A DNA stretch of 63,922 nucleotides, the filler included, from Asterionella formosa (taxonomy: Eukaryota): the NCBI GenBank assembly GCA_002256025.1. It is 10 parts of 10 records of this genome, joined end to end, with 100 filler letters (N's around TTAATTAATTAA, not from the genome) between each part and the next. Parts side by side here need not be neighbours in the genome. Positions count along the whole stretch, not along the records: positions 35,329 to 36,873 come from NKIB01001991.1; positions 36,974 to 62,278 come from NKIB01001992.1; 8 more parts are not named here. One strand, given 5' to 3'. Positions 36,423 through 49,446 of the stretch are shown here, piece by piece. Made by a program: the position numbers and the translations under genes. Below the pieces are notes generated by a model that searched no databases, had not been told where the DNA came from, and saw nothing but the letters and a program-made list of their open reading frames with translations. Numbering within the stretch: the first letter of the stretch is position 1; each line of letters opens with the position of its first letter.

Positions 36423-36973
36423 ATATGTTCAATTTAACTAGGAAAAGGATGCCATGTACCGACGCCTTACGCCATCAATACTTCCGAACAGATTTCAGAG
36501 CTAAGTGTTAGTCGAACTAATCAAACGAATGGGATAAAACAGTGGGTCAATGCAGTTTTTTTCGGGTACCTGGTACCAGGTACCAGCATTCATCATCGGC
36601 AGTCTCTTGCTTTGATCGCGATCAACATCACACAAAATCGAACAAGTGCTATCACGGAATGAACCGGTCACCCTGATTCACCTTCTGTGCAACAACAGCT
36701 TAAAATATGAGACGCTATTCCATATTTTGCGCTGCTCCGAGAGGGAGGCGTTTGGCAGCTCCCGGTTGGTATCGATTACCCACTTCGATGCGCCAATTGT
36801 CAGTCATTTTGCCTTCAACCCCGCTGTTCGAAGTTCCGCCCAGCTCGATATGTTCCATCCGGCAGCGACGCTANNNNNNNNNNNNNNNNNNNNNNNNNNN
36901 NNNNNNNNNNNNNNNNNTTAATTAATTAANNNNNNNNNNNNNNNNNNNNNNNNNNNNNNNNNNNNNNNNNNNN

Positions 36974-37387
36974 CATCACCTCTGCAGTTCGAATTTGCCT
37001 TGAACCCCCTAATAGTCGCTTTGTGACGCTATTATTAAGAAAAGAAGCGACATTACTGTTCTTCGGAAACAAAGGAGCAGGAGAACCATGGTCAGAAAAG
37101 AAGAATAGGTTGTAGCGGACGCTCTTGACTTGACAGTTGGCTCTATAGAAGTCCACCACTGTGCCACTTGGAATGGTGATTCTATTGGGATCATAGGACA
37201 TTGAAGGGTAGCACTTGTTCATGTATGTCATCAATGTTCGCGTAGTCAATAGCATGTCGCTTCCAATGTTGAATTTTTGGTTCATGTAGTGAATGAGGAG
37301 GTCGGCCGGAATCCAGCGCCCACGTAGTGATGACTCCGCCATCACCAAAGAAAAATATCGTCCAAACAACTGAAAGTTTGATGTCAT
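36974..37387 (-). CDS. Hypothetical ORF truncated at contig end, possibly TE-derived
   Basis: Open frame running into the gap; no motif recognised. Confidence 0.35.
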
Positions 37388-38121
37388 CTGTTTTGCGGTT
37401 TGGTTTCCGATCAGCGCTATGATCACGGTTCTAATACTATATCGCAAAACACAAGGCACTGAAGGGAAGCAAAGGGAACCAACCGAGCGCAATCAACATG
37501 GTGATGGTTGTAACAACAAGAGATTCATCGCACAAAATATTTAGCTATATTTTTAGAAATAATGGTTTGTACCAGGCCTACTAGAGCTACTATATGTTCT
37601 TCGATCATGCACCCAGCCATATTGGAGCAAATATAACTTAGACATTTAGAAAATTCTAACGGTTTCGCGCTGGCCAATTGATTTCAATATTATCAAATTC
37701 TAATTTTGAAGAATGATTAACTGAAAAAAACCTTGCTACAATTGGGGTTTTTCCAACAATCACAATTCTGAGTGTTAATACTCCTTATTCCAGAAATCTT
37801 CTTGTTTATATACATTTTACACTACCGGTCGGAATGTACAGAAGTGCAAACCTCTGAAAGTCGCAGTAATGCACATTTATGCGCACCTTTTCAGTTTCAA
37901 TGCACTCCCAATGGATTATCTCATGCCTGCCAATCAAGATAGGCCAGCTTTCAATGAAAATAAAATTCCTAAAGTAATTTAGGAAATTGTTACTCTTATT
38001 GACCGATGACGATTTGCAGAGTGAGTCTCTGAACACGACTCGGATTTGCTGACTGATGAACAGGTTAAAACAACTGTCTTCTAGCTTCGCAATCCACATA
38101 GGAACCCTACCTTTCTACATT

Positions 38122-38231
38122 TAGAACTTGCTGACAATGACTAGGACTTGCTGACTACGACTAGAACTTGCTGACTATGACAAGTATTTGCTGACAATTA
38201 CTAAAATTTGCTGACCACGACTAGAACTTGC
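38122..38231 (+). repeat. 20-bp minisatellite, about 5.5 copies (TAGAACTTGCTGACWAYGAC)
   Basis: Directly visible tandem units with no spacers. Confidence 0.9.
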
Positions 38232-38621
38232 GAATCAGAATACTGGTAGATGTTCTGAATGACCCTTATGCCTATGAAGCATATACATGAATGAACACAA
38301 CCACTACCCCCTGAATGGTGCCCTGCCAATACTACATAAAAGCATATGTAACTTCACATCTATTTAGATGGTCACAGTCATTATCACACCAGATACAACA
38401 GCCTACCGGGGTACCACTATACTACCAGCAGTATTTGCAACATCATACATTTATCACATATCACATATGTACTATGGCTACATAGGATACTGGTATACAT
38501 TTTCAGGGTACCAGGCAGGTACCCGAGTTAGCCCTTATAGAATCTAGTATATAATTATTTAGTTCAGATGTTGCGATTTCTTTCTGTAGATAAAACGCTA
38601 GAGTGTAGCTAGTTCTTGTGT

Positions 38622-38905
38622 GCGGCTGGCGCCTGGTGAATCCTGCATCATGCTGTCTCAGCCTTGACCGTGTCGAAAATAACAAATTTCTCCATGGAAA
38701 ATGAAAACGACGCTATGCTACTATTTGTTAAATATATTTAACACAACATGTATTATAGTACAATAGTAAAAATTAATTGTAATAAAACTAATGTTGACAA
38801 CGAAAATTGAAGTCGCCAATGGCGCATTGGCTGCTTCATGTAGTTTAGATGATCCACAATTCAAAACAACGAAGTTACGAACAGATTTGTCACTTTTACA
38901 GTATG
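38622..38905 (+). repeat. Dispersed repeat, copy of 22668-22945
   Basis: Colinear similarity with 22668-22945. Confidence 0.8.
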
Positions 38906-39436
38906 CAGCATGCTACACTACTATGGTAATCTGTAGGTCGAATGAAATATTGTTTGATTCTCTATTTAAGTCATGTCGATTAATAGTCCATTGTTGGGTT
39001 CGACTCCCACACTCCTTACCATCCTGCATGCTCTTGCTTGCTTGGTGTGCAAGAAATAGTGTGTTTCCCCTTTATAAGCAGCTTGTGACGCCTTCTAGGT
39101 GATCAGAGTTTCCCCTAATGATGTGGTTAAGATGATCACCTTTTACAAAAGGTGGTTGGGGACTTACCTATGCTAACAAACAAGGGAAGCACACCAGGTC
39201 TTGTCAGTAGGTAGAACAATGAATACTTACCTTGAAAAAGGGGAGGTTGAATGGGCTACTATGAAACAGATTATCATGTTATTTCACATAACTTGGTAAG
39301 CATCTCAACATGCAATGAAGGCCATTTGTTCATTGTGAGTGCATCGAAACTGAAACGGTGCGAATAAAATGGGTGCTACCGAATGTTCCAGGTTTACCAG
39401 GTCGTACTGAGTACCGGTACCTGGTTGAGTACAAGG

Positions 39437-39633
39437 TGAGCAATCTTGCGCATCAATACAGATGTATATAGGGTTAGTGTTATATCATATATATCAGAAC
39501 TCAATAATGAGAGAATTCGACTAACCCTTATATTGCATACGTTGATGTCGACTTAGAGAACGAGTTGTACAAAAGGATTAACTAATAAGCTCATATATTC
39601 AACAAATACTACTATTTCTAGTTAGATACTTCA
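39437..39633 (+). mobile_element. Solo LTR copy 3 (TG...CA) with 5-bp TSD CAAGG
   Basis: gta-CAAGG-TGAGCA...ACTTCA-CAAGG-tac. Confidence 0.9.
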
Positions 39634-40184
39634 CAAGGTACTACTACCAACACGACTGCATCTGCCTTGCATCCGACTGTACGCACATCTATTGGGAGTT
39701 CGTGTCATATATACATAGATATTACTGGGACTTGGCGATGACGATGGTGGATGTAATCCTGACATCACCAGAGGAACTAAATGTGACGTGGCCATGTTAA
39801 TTACCGGTAATTAATACTGTTATGATGTTCTTCAGCTATGAATATATACATAATGTGTCAATCAGGGCGGTGTCATAGTACCAGTTACTCATAGCTGATT
39901 GTCGTACCGGGTGTGAACCTCTCGTACAAAAAGTACGTGAATATGATACCTGGTACTAGGAACCCAAATCCGAAGAACATCGCGTCTTTATTTTGTTTTG
40001 TTTTATGATTGATGTGGTTGACATCATCAGGCAAGACTGATATTCCTCAAAGTTGACATCATGCATGGTGACGCTGCTAAACATAGACATAAATAATATA
40101 GGAGAGTCGTAGCAGAATAGACTCTCAATACACAAGGAGGCGAGTCCTTGATAGTAGACTACAATTCAATCTAGAATTATCGGC

Positions 40185-41474
40185 ATGCTTTCTTTCATTC
40201 TTTTATTGGTAGTGCAGGGACTTGCTATATCGCTTGTATTAACCGGAGCCGAAGGTTTTGCGTTGCAAAAGAAGGCAAAGCACAATCATCTCATGTGGAG
40301 TGGACTCTCTGCAAGCGCTCGGCTGCTCAGTTCAACCAAGACAATGCACAACAATGCCTTTGGCCTTTCCATGAAAGCCTCATTTTCTGGGCAAACAACC
40401 ACCACTCTCAGTCCTGTTCCTGATGGAGTACATCGAGTTGTGTTGATGCGCCATGGCGAATCCGAGTTCAACAACGCCAACGTCTTCACGGGCTGGTGCG
40501 ACGTGGCTCTCACACAACGAGGCATTGTCGAATCCATGGAAGCCGGCCAAGTCTTTGCATCTCATGGACTCGTCTTTCGTCAAGTGTACGCATCTTTGCT
40601 CACTCGATCCATCGTGACAGCTCATCGGGCACTCGAAGCGGCTGGTGTCTCGTACACACCCATTCGATACGATTGGCGCCTCAACGAACGTCATTACGGA
40701 GCACTCCAAGGACTGTCCAAGGAACGCACGGCAGATAGGTTGGGCAGGGAGCGGGTTATGGAATGGAGACGATCTTACGAAGCGAGGCCTCCGTTAATGA
40801 CAAAGGAACATCCACATTATGATATAATCCACAATGATGCAAGGTACAAGTCGTTAGACACGATTCCATTGGGAGAATCCTTGGAAGATTGCCAAGATCG
40901 AGTTATAGACGCATGGAAGGATATTTTGGGAGAAATTGAAATCAGTGGAGAGGACTCCTCCAAGTATTCCCTGTTGGTGGCACACGCGAATACGTTACGA
41001 GCACTTGTTATGCATTTAGATGATATTCCCAGTGCCGAGATTGAAGGCTTGAATATTCCTACTGCCATTCCATTTTATTATGACATTTGCAAGTCAACAG
41101 GCGACGTCGTATCGACTAGTCATGAGGATGAAGCCATCATGGTTGGTGTCGGTAAATTTAGAGGTATTTATATTAGTGACGAACGAAAGAAGCGTTCATT
41201 TTTGGAACGACGGCGAGCCGCCAATGATCCTTGGCTGTGGGCATTGCATGATCACCAAGTGGCAAGAAGCATGCTCATTGAACCGGATGAGGATGATGGT
41301 ATTGGTGAAGGATTGGAAGGATTGGAAGAAGAGGCCAGGAGTAATACGGTTCTGTTTTCATCGGCATTGAAACCAGAGCAAGCACAACAAGAAGGAGCCA
41401 CTGAGGCGCGACAGCAGCCGTCCACCATTCCGCTGACTGCCAATTCAGACCGTACGGTAAACGGAAGCATATAA
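40185..41474 (+). CDS. gpmA: 2,3-BPG-dependent phosphoglycerate mutase, plastid-type presequence, C-terminal extension
   Basis: LMRHGES.FN..NVFTGW.DV, WRLNERHYGALQG, WRRSY, GESL, AHANTLR, LNIPT; signal peptide + AEG-F. Confidence 0.92.
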   Translation: MLSFILLLVVQGLAISLVLTGAEGFALQKKAKHNHLMWSGLSASARLLSSTKTMHNNAFGLSMKASFSGQTTTTLSPVPDGVHRVVLMRHGESEFNNANVFTGWCDVALTQRGIVESMEAGQVFASHGLVFRQVYASLLTRSIVTAHRALEAAGVSYTPIRYDWRLNERHYGALQGLSKERTADRLGRERVMEWRRSYEARPPLMTKEHPHYDIIHNDARYKSLDTIPLGESLEDCQDRVIDAWKDILGEIEISGEDSSKYSLLVAHANTLRALVMHLDDIPSAEIEGLNIPTAIPFYYDICKSTGDVVSTSHEDEAIMVGVGKFRGIYISDERKKRSFLERRRAANDPWLWALHDHQVARSMLIEPDEDDGIGEGLEGLEEEARSNTVLFSSALKPEQAQQEGATEARQQPSTIPLTANSDRTVNGSI

Positions 41475-41656
41475 TGTGTATCATATAAAATGTAGGAGAA
41501 CCACTGTGTAAATTTAACGAATGTCATACACATCGTACGACCTAGTTCCACGTTGAATCTTTATGCGCTTCCTCACAAGGAAGCCAACATGATTAAATCG
41601 CTGAAATAGATTGGCTTATATTTCATTGTTGGTTCTTTCCTGTGTGACTTCATAAT

Positions 41657-42547
41657 CTACACCTTTTGTCTCTTTATCTTGGGAGCCTCAACCTGCGGCT
41701 GCTCTTCATCAAAGTTATCCTCGATAGCTTCATCCTCTTCCTCTTCCGAGCTCTCCTTATCCCAGTCCTTCAGTTTCGATCCCATCATGAAATCATCCTT
41801 GAGTGCGTTCCACTTTGGTTTGCTAGAAGATTCCTCTTTATTGCTGCTGTAATTAGAAGTTCCTTCTGTCGCCTTCTTGCCAGTAGCACTGCTTTTGATC
41901 ATGTCCAAAAATCCGTGCTTGGTCATTGTCTTTACGTCGCTCTTGGGACCAACAGACTTGGTGATAGCAGTGACGCCTTCCTGTTTCTTTTGATGTTGCG
42001 CAATAGCATTGAATAATCCTACCACACCACGTGTTGCCACACGGCGATGCTTCCGTTCGAGTTCCAATTCCTGGACTAGGCCTATGGAGCCTTCGACTTG
42101 CAGTAGTGGTCGTGTTGTGGCAACCGACAATGGGATATGGAGAGCTTCTAGCTTCTTCTCTCGATTCATGCGTCTTTTCTCCAGTGCTGCCTTGGCTAAT
42201 TCTTTCTCTTTCTTGGCCATGCGTTGCAACGGTGTGGTTGTTTTGGAAAGAATAACAGTCCCTTCCGTGGTTTGTGTTCCTAAAATTTTAGCCATGGCGC
42301 TTGCCAATCCTGTTGGACCATCGTTTTCGTATTGAGCGACATCGTCATCAGATTCATTTTCGTCTTCCACGGAGTGAGCGATGACTGCGTTTCTTGGCAC
42401 ATTTGGTTCTTCATCCTCGTCTACCTGAACATCCTCGTGGTCCGATCCAGGTTCGGACTCACTGGACCCAGCAAAGCGATCCAATTCTTCCTCGTTGACT
42501 TCGACCGGATCGATCTTCTTTTTCTGAGCTGTCTTTCTCTTTGCCAT
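41657..42547 (-). CDS. RRP15: RRP15-like ribosome biogenesis protein
   Basis: AMAKIL, ER..RRVATRGVV.LFNAI..HQ, FLDMI, W.ALKDDFMMGSKLKDWD. Confidence 0.88.
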   Translation of the reverse strand: MAKRKTAQKKKIDPVEVNEEELDRFAGSSESEPGSDHEDVQVDEDEEPNVPRNAVIAHSVEDENESDDDVAQYENDGPTGLASAMAKILGTQTTEGTVILSKTTTPLQRMAKKEKELAKAALEKRRMNREKKLEALHIPLSVATTRPLLQVEGSIGLVQELELERKHRRVATRGVVGLFNAIAQHQKKQEGVTAITKSVGPKSDVKTMTKHGFLDMIKSSATGKKATEGTSNYSSNKEESSSKPKWNALKDDFMMGSKLKDWDKESSEEEEDEAIEDNFDEEQPQVEAPKIKRQKV

Positions 42548-42839
42548 GGTGTTGAGTTCTTGTCGTTTCGGTTGTTGGTGCAAAGGTATTGCTTGTCACT
42601 TGTGTAAAGGAGACTGATCTTTAATGTATTATATTATTATGTATGCATAGAACAAATATATGACAGGGGATCGTTGCTTTGCCTTTTTCTACATGAATCA
42701 TGATGATAATCAAATCTACTTTTTTGACTGGCGACTGTGAGAATTGAGTAACGGTACCCCATCAACAGCTCATTACCCAGATATATTCCGGTAGCATGTA
42801 TTTGCAGCATAGTACCTGCTACTGGTGTATTAATTTATA

Positions 42840-42979
42840 CATATTTATTTCGTACGCGCAAATTTCCACTGATTTAAATAACGGTATTTCAAACGGAGTC
42901 ATTGATATTCAAAATCAGCCCATAAAATTTCTTAGATCCAGGGAATTTCGGCAACCGGTTCAAATGCAGGAACCTTACA
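42840..42979 (-). repeat. Copy of the putative Kolobok-like terminus
   Basis: Colinear with 32865-33047, with internal deletions. Confidence 0.75.
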
Positions 42980-45325
42980 TCGGAAACAATATGTACAGTA
43001 TGTATGAATTGACTAGATTCGCATTCTTACTATTCTATTTCTAGAGTTGCCATCTTTGCACTCCATGTCGGCCATATGAGGTGGGGCGGTGAAAAGGTTT
43101 GGTTGGTTGTCAGTTCCTTGTGTGGCAGCTTTGTTCTTGGTTCATTTTTATGACTGGTGGACTTCTCATGTCAGCTGAAGAATGATGGGTGGTGAGTGTG
43201 GATTGGGTTAAAGATTTCCATTTTGGCCCCACTTCTGGTGATTCAATTTGAAGTCTCCATAATGATTGGTGATTCCAGGGCTTCCAACTCATTGTTTTTG
43301 TCTTTATCTTTGTCTTCATTATCACAAAATTTATTGCATTGAGCAACACATCCAGCTCTGACACAATTTCTTAATCAGTGACTTCTTTATTTCTCTGTCT
43401 TCTTAATTTTCAGCATATCGCCATTCTTGTCTTCTTCTTGCTTCTTTCAATGTATAGCGCTCACTGCAGGGAAAAAAGGGGTTAAACTTCTTCTTTTCTT
43501 TTCTCTTGTTTCTGTCTTTCCCTGGTTCTTATTTTGTTTGCTTTGTGTTGATACCATTACCATGAATTCCCCAACTGAGCGTAGTTTTGTGTAAAACTAC
43601 AAATCGACATCCATGCTATTGCTGTTTTCACTGCTCCTGGGCTAAGCTTTGTTTGATTTTCCATCTCCATCTTCTCTTTCTCCATTCTCTTTCTTTCGGA
43701 TTGCATTACTATTTTATGGTTCTGTCCCACATGTATGATTTGTTCTTTATTTGCTTGGTTGGCCGCTTGAATAGCGCCTATTGACATGGAGAATTGATTG
43801 TTTTTAAGGGATTATCAACTACTATCGGGACCCAGAGGTCCCTGTAGCTTACATACAACTTAATTCTGTGATCAGCGCTATGGTACTGGTGTGGTAGTCT
43901 TTCTTAAAATCGCCTTTATACTTGGCAAAAAAATTTACTGAAGTAATAAATATGCACTTTGATCAGCAATTCCCGCTCCAGCTAACATCTTGCCATTCGG
44001 GTACTTCTAAGTTTTTTGTTAAGTAATTTTTATTGAGGGGCAATATGGGGCACATCGAATTTTTCGGCATTAAATTTGTCGGTTTTAGCATGACAGCCAC
44101 CAGAATAACGGTAATGTACATGGAAATGGTAAAACAAGCACAAAACACATGAGAATGATTGTGACATGCAATATCAATAAAAATTGAACATGATGTTTGC
44201 AGCAACCAAAGTATGTCATGCAAGGTAATAAGTAGAGTCAAATGTGAACTAGAAAAAATTGTTTTGGGTTAGAAATAAAGAAAAAATAGGAGTTTCAGTG
44301 GAGACGCATGCATTGTAATTCTTACACAGGCGACATTGACTTTCCATCACGCATTCAAAGACCCAAAAAAGGAGAAAAGAAGAAAAATCTGAACCCAATT
44401 GAAATCTACAAAGTTATGTAGTGTAGATTATCTGGTTGCTGTAACCATGCATATAGCTGTAATAGCTTGACACAAGTAGCAGAAGTGCTTCCTCCCTCAG
44501 TTGTTCCTCTTACCAAACAACCCTTATCATTCCATTTCATTCCATTCCATTCTGAGCAACCGTGATCGCCAGGCTGCTCCAGCACTATTGACTTTCTCTA
44601 GCTGAATATTGATAGGTAGAACTCGTAGTAGAAAAGTAGCAAAGCGCGTTAGTACAAGAAAAGCATTGCTTGGCGTCAATATTGACATCATGGTCAATGA
44701 CTATACAAATCAAAAAATAAGATGAAAAAATCATCAAGACATTGATACATAGCTGCATCGAAATATGTGTAGATAGATACAACAGAACCAAAACGACAGT
44801 GCGGAACGACAAACAATGATGGACATGATCAAAACGGACCACCATGCTGGAAGCAACCAAATCGGAAATTCGACAAATAGAATCTACATTCCACATTCAG
44901 CGTTTGTGCTTACCAATTCGCTCTAACTAACATAACAAGCAGCAGACGATGTGATCAAAGGAAAGTTTAAAGGTACCTGTTGCAAGCCCGAATTGAGCAA
45001 TTGTGAGGACGAAATCAGGCACATGTATGTGAATGATATAATTTGACATTCTGATCTTGTAAAGATAATACCAAGTCTACAGCATAAATTTTATAACGAA
45101 ATGTTCAAAGTAAGCGTTAAAGTTTAGCTTAAACCATGCATGGTTGTTTTTAGTACCACGTACATGTTTAGGCTATATGACTAGAATATCTGTTAAGCAC
45201 ATATATGACCGAACCAAAAACTTGCCGCAAACATCAGATATACTGATATCATCGTCTGTGAATATATTTTCCATTAGATCTAACGTTTTACTCAGCATAC
45301 GTTAAAAAACTGATTAATTATTGAA

Positions 45326-45682
45326 ATATTTTGACATGTTGATGATAATTTTGATATATCAACGGCAGTGTCTGTATGATCAATCAAATTTGTACATTAG
45401 GTTAGTAGCATACACATGTTAGGTTATGCGTATGTAAGAACTCGTATATATTAGTTACCAAATCTAATCGGTTAACCAAAATTGTTGATATATTGATCAA
45501 ATGTTTTGTTATGTTGATGATAATTTTGATATATCAATGACTGTGTTGGTGTGGTCAATCAAATTTGTTTGTCAGATTATTTGCTTACACACATCAGGTT
45601 ACGCATAGATAGAAGTCATATATATTAGTTATCAAATTTAATATGCTAACCAAATGCTTTGATATATTGATACATTGTTTGA
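45326..45682 (+). repeat. 175-bp tandem repeat, two diverged copies, AT-rich
   Basis: atgttgatgataattttgatatatcaa at 45336 and 45511; colinear downstream blocks. Confidence 0.85.
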
Positions 45683-48644
45683 TTGATCAATAGCTGTTGT
45701 TCTTTGATCAATTATTGTTTTGGCGAAGGTTATGACTTTACACAGATCACCTTACGTGTATGTAAACCTTGTACCCGACAATGCTATCAGAATGAATTCT
45801 GTGCAACAAGGGTGCATTCCTTGTTACCATTCCGATTTGAATGCTCTACCTGTACATGCTTTGATCCAATTCTTTTACAGGTAGTATTCGTCATTATCTC
45901 TCCATTTGCATATCAGTAATCGAATTTCTTACAAGCCATGTGCGTTTGTTGAACAATCCCTTATGAGCTACATTCTTGCGGGGACGACGATGATCTCAGT
46001 CTTATAACGAATGATATGGTCTCGATATTGATGGGGAATTATGCTGGCGAAGTCTGATTGTTTGTTTGTTACTCGAAATCAAAAGCTTTGGTCAATTTAT
46101 ACGACTGAATTGGAGAACGATGCATTGAAGGCCATACCCGATTCCAATTCCAACCGAAATCAAGAAGATAGTACCTTTTGATCATAATTCGCCCATTGCA
46201 AACATCGATCCGTATTTCGAATCTGTTCTTCAAGATGAGATGTGGATCAAAGTGAAGATGGACCAGATGGCGGTGCAGTTTGTTGCTCAAGACCTTAATC
46301 ATGGGTCTTCCATTCTCATTGACTAGCTATTGGCGAGCACATTTGTATGCTGCAGAATTAGAACCTCAACATCACTAATCAGGAAGTAGCTTCATTTCAT
46401 TCAGGAAATAGTAGCATCACATGAACCTTGAATAGCAGGGGGTTCGAAATAACAATTTGTAACTTTGCTTAATAACATTTTACTATCCCATTGTTTTAAG
46501 AAATCTCTTTATTGGCAACATCAGAGGCACAATATAGGACAGCCTAACCCCATTGCCACACATATACTTTCCACAAAGTGACCGCTATATTTATATAGCT
46601 TATATATACGTAGTAATAGGTACAGTTTCACAGTACTGGGTATTCGAATTCCTGTTAAGTCTTGCATATTTTATCTAATCATACATACTGGTAGGGTATT
46701 AAATGTTCCTTCGAAAAAGTTACTAGACATACAGAGATGTATGTTATACACACTTTTTGAAGAAGAGGAAATTTTGAGATATTGTTAAAAAATTCATGCC
46801 GGTAATGCATTCTATTCCACATAACAAACTGATGAGGGAATGGTGATAGAGAGTCTTCTACCGGTATCAAACCAACCGGTGAGAAGAGGTAAGTTATATG
46901 ATTGTTTTGCTTCTCAACGGTGGCTACCAAGGGGCTTATGATCGGTACCATGTGAGACTGGAAGTAAACTATAAAATTGTATCGCTGTTCATGTGCGCTG
47001 CTACCGCTCAAAGTTTCTACACTTCCTCAGGACGAACGATAAAAATCAACCTAATTACGAGGTAAGAAACTGCACTTAATATGATTGTGCACAATGCTGC
47101 AGAGGGTTTGTAGTGTCTGTGTCCAATAATGTGGACTTCGACACTAATAACATCTTTCCCTTCCATATATGCAGATGTGAGGGTTAACAACGCTACCTGT
47201 CACCCATCAATCAAGAGTGAGAGCATAGGTAAGTTACTATACTCTCATTTGATGCTCATTATGTCGATTGGTGCGTGAAGTTACTATATAGATTGTTTAT
47301 GTCATCAGTTCGTGGCACATGTGTGACTGGAGATGCTTTAATTGTTGCAACACTTTTGCTAACATTGATATTATCTCCTCAAGCTCATGCAGGAACCTTG
47401 GAAAATGTGGCTTACTACCATTCTTATTTCAGCAAAATGACCACAAGATTGCTCACCTGCTTTAGATTGGCTGAAGTATTCCGATCTTGTAGAATCACGC
47501 TAGCCACACTTGAAACACAGGTATTAGATGTAATTTTTAGTACTGGTAGCTAAGTAAAATCAGTACTGCTGATACTGGTAGTTTTCCTGTCAGCCATCAT
47601 AAACCAAGATTACATATCGGTACTACGCACTGATTAGCTGCTATGTAGATGCCTTTCGGCATAAATTAATATTAAATCTACATCCAACAACGTAGAATCA
47701 ATATAAAGCAAGATGATTGCTCAACGTTGGTTGGGTCTGAATGAGAATAAAAAACGTAGGTAATCTTCATATAGACAAAGAAGGTTATTTTCGGCGAGAA
47801 ACTGCAGAAAGGATCTTCGGTTTTTTATTATGCCAAATAAACCCTTCACATGCAGCCTTCACTGTATTCAAACATTTGTATTTTCCGGGTTGTTTAGCCT
47901 GTTTTTCCTATATGTACAACTTTTTTCGAATCACCGAAATTTTCATGGCGCCCGTCAAAAAATGCCTTAAGAACTTTATGTTCCTCCTTGCTTATTTTGG
48001 AAAACTTGGCCATTGGGATCCCCTCGAGCATGATGTAGCATGAAAAAACCACTAAAAATATAAAATCATTACCGGTAAGCTGATCGACAAGTGTGGTGCT
48101 TTAGGAAAATCTGGTGACCCAATGAACCGGTATAATGAACAAATTTTCATCATTTGTAATCTGGATCTGTCGGCTGTTTGCTTGTGAATTTGCTGGCAAT
48201 GGCATTCCAAATATTGATTGCCTGACAATAAATCTACAAATCACATTTCGTCACACTTCAATCATCGCTATGCATGTCCATAGAACTACCCGTTTAACGC
48301 TTCTTAATAACCATTGGCCTACATGACGTTCCCGTAGACGATATACCAGAGCAAAATTTCCACTGCTCCATGTGTATGTTGGCTGGCAGGCGTCAAACTA
48401 CGAAGCTTCAAACTATGATTTCTCAACGGCTCCAGAGTTCGAAAATATCTGTCAGATCTGGGAATGAATAACACGACAAAGCAAAATTATAGCAACTTGC
48501 ATACGTAATAAATACCTTACTGGTAGTTTAGCAAAGAGGACACTTGACCCCGCCGCCATGGTATGAGGCTTGTTTGCTACTCCTACCAGTACCGGTACTC
48601 TAAGTTGCAGAGGCACCCAATGACTTGACAAACTATTGTAATGC

Positions 48645-49352
48645 AATGTCATTGTAACTACAATGTGTGTCAGACAAGGCCTTCCTCGATCCAAGCTTTC
48701 CACAATACACCCAACTCTCCTTGTTTGCATAGAGCAGACGCCTCAGGTAAATAAGATTGGTCAATGGAACTGCTAGCACATGCCGATTTTATTGTCATGT
48801 GACTCTAGGAAACAAACAAATGAATTTGGAAATTTTCAACATGCCATTGAAGGTGTTCAGATTGCTTCCCGAAGCCTTCTATAGCTTTCTTGTATCCTGC
48901 AAGGATACATCAGGGACCAAATAGGCTGGAGATATAGACAATTGTTGATTGTAATCATTCCTAAAGATTTAATAGAATTATGAGTTTTACTCGTTGTGCA
49001 TATTGTTTTCTAATTCTGATCTTGATATTCTTTTTGATTTCTTTTATTCAATGTATGTATGTGTAAATAATTTCATACTGGGATGTCTTCTAAAAAAAAT
49101 TCTCCAACAGCCTTATCAGCATGAGCTCATCATTGTTGGTGTTGAAATTGGATGAAGTGGTGGCAAATTCATTGCTCATTGCAAAGGACCAATTGCTGAC
49201 CATCTTTGATTCGTCTGTAGTAAAATTTCAAGATTGTATTGTTGCAATGATAAATGCATGAGACCCTAAATGACATGTCAACAGAGTATTATGGATGATG
49301 TAAAAGTGGTAATTGAAATATTTTGGCGAGCATTTTTCCACTTATAGAAATG
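48645..49352 (+). pseudogene. Decayed 3' fragment of the ornithine cyclodeaminase gene plus 3' UTR, interrupted by about 255 bp of unrelated DNA
   Basis: 48645-48852 and 49110-49352 align to about 55165-55620, with frameshifts and stops. Confidence 0.9.
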
Positions 49353-49446
49353 TAACTAAGAGAAATTACTCATGGAATTTATTGGCATAGTAAATGTGGG
49401 GATCAGGGACCCTGCTTGTAGGTGACGCACTCATTGCAACTGTCCA

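Noticed and set aside
38122..38231. CRISPR-like array
   Set aside because: Units are contiguous 20-mers with no unique spacers, no cas genes are present and the context is eukaryotic.
40017..40063. Twice-repeated GTTGACATCAT upstream of gpmA as a transcription factor site
   Set aside because: Two short copies are not enough without cross-species conservation.
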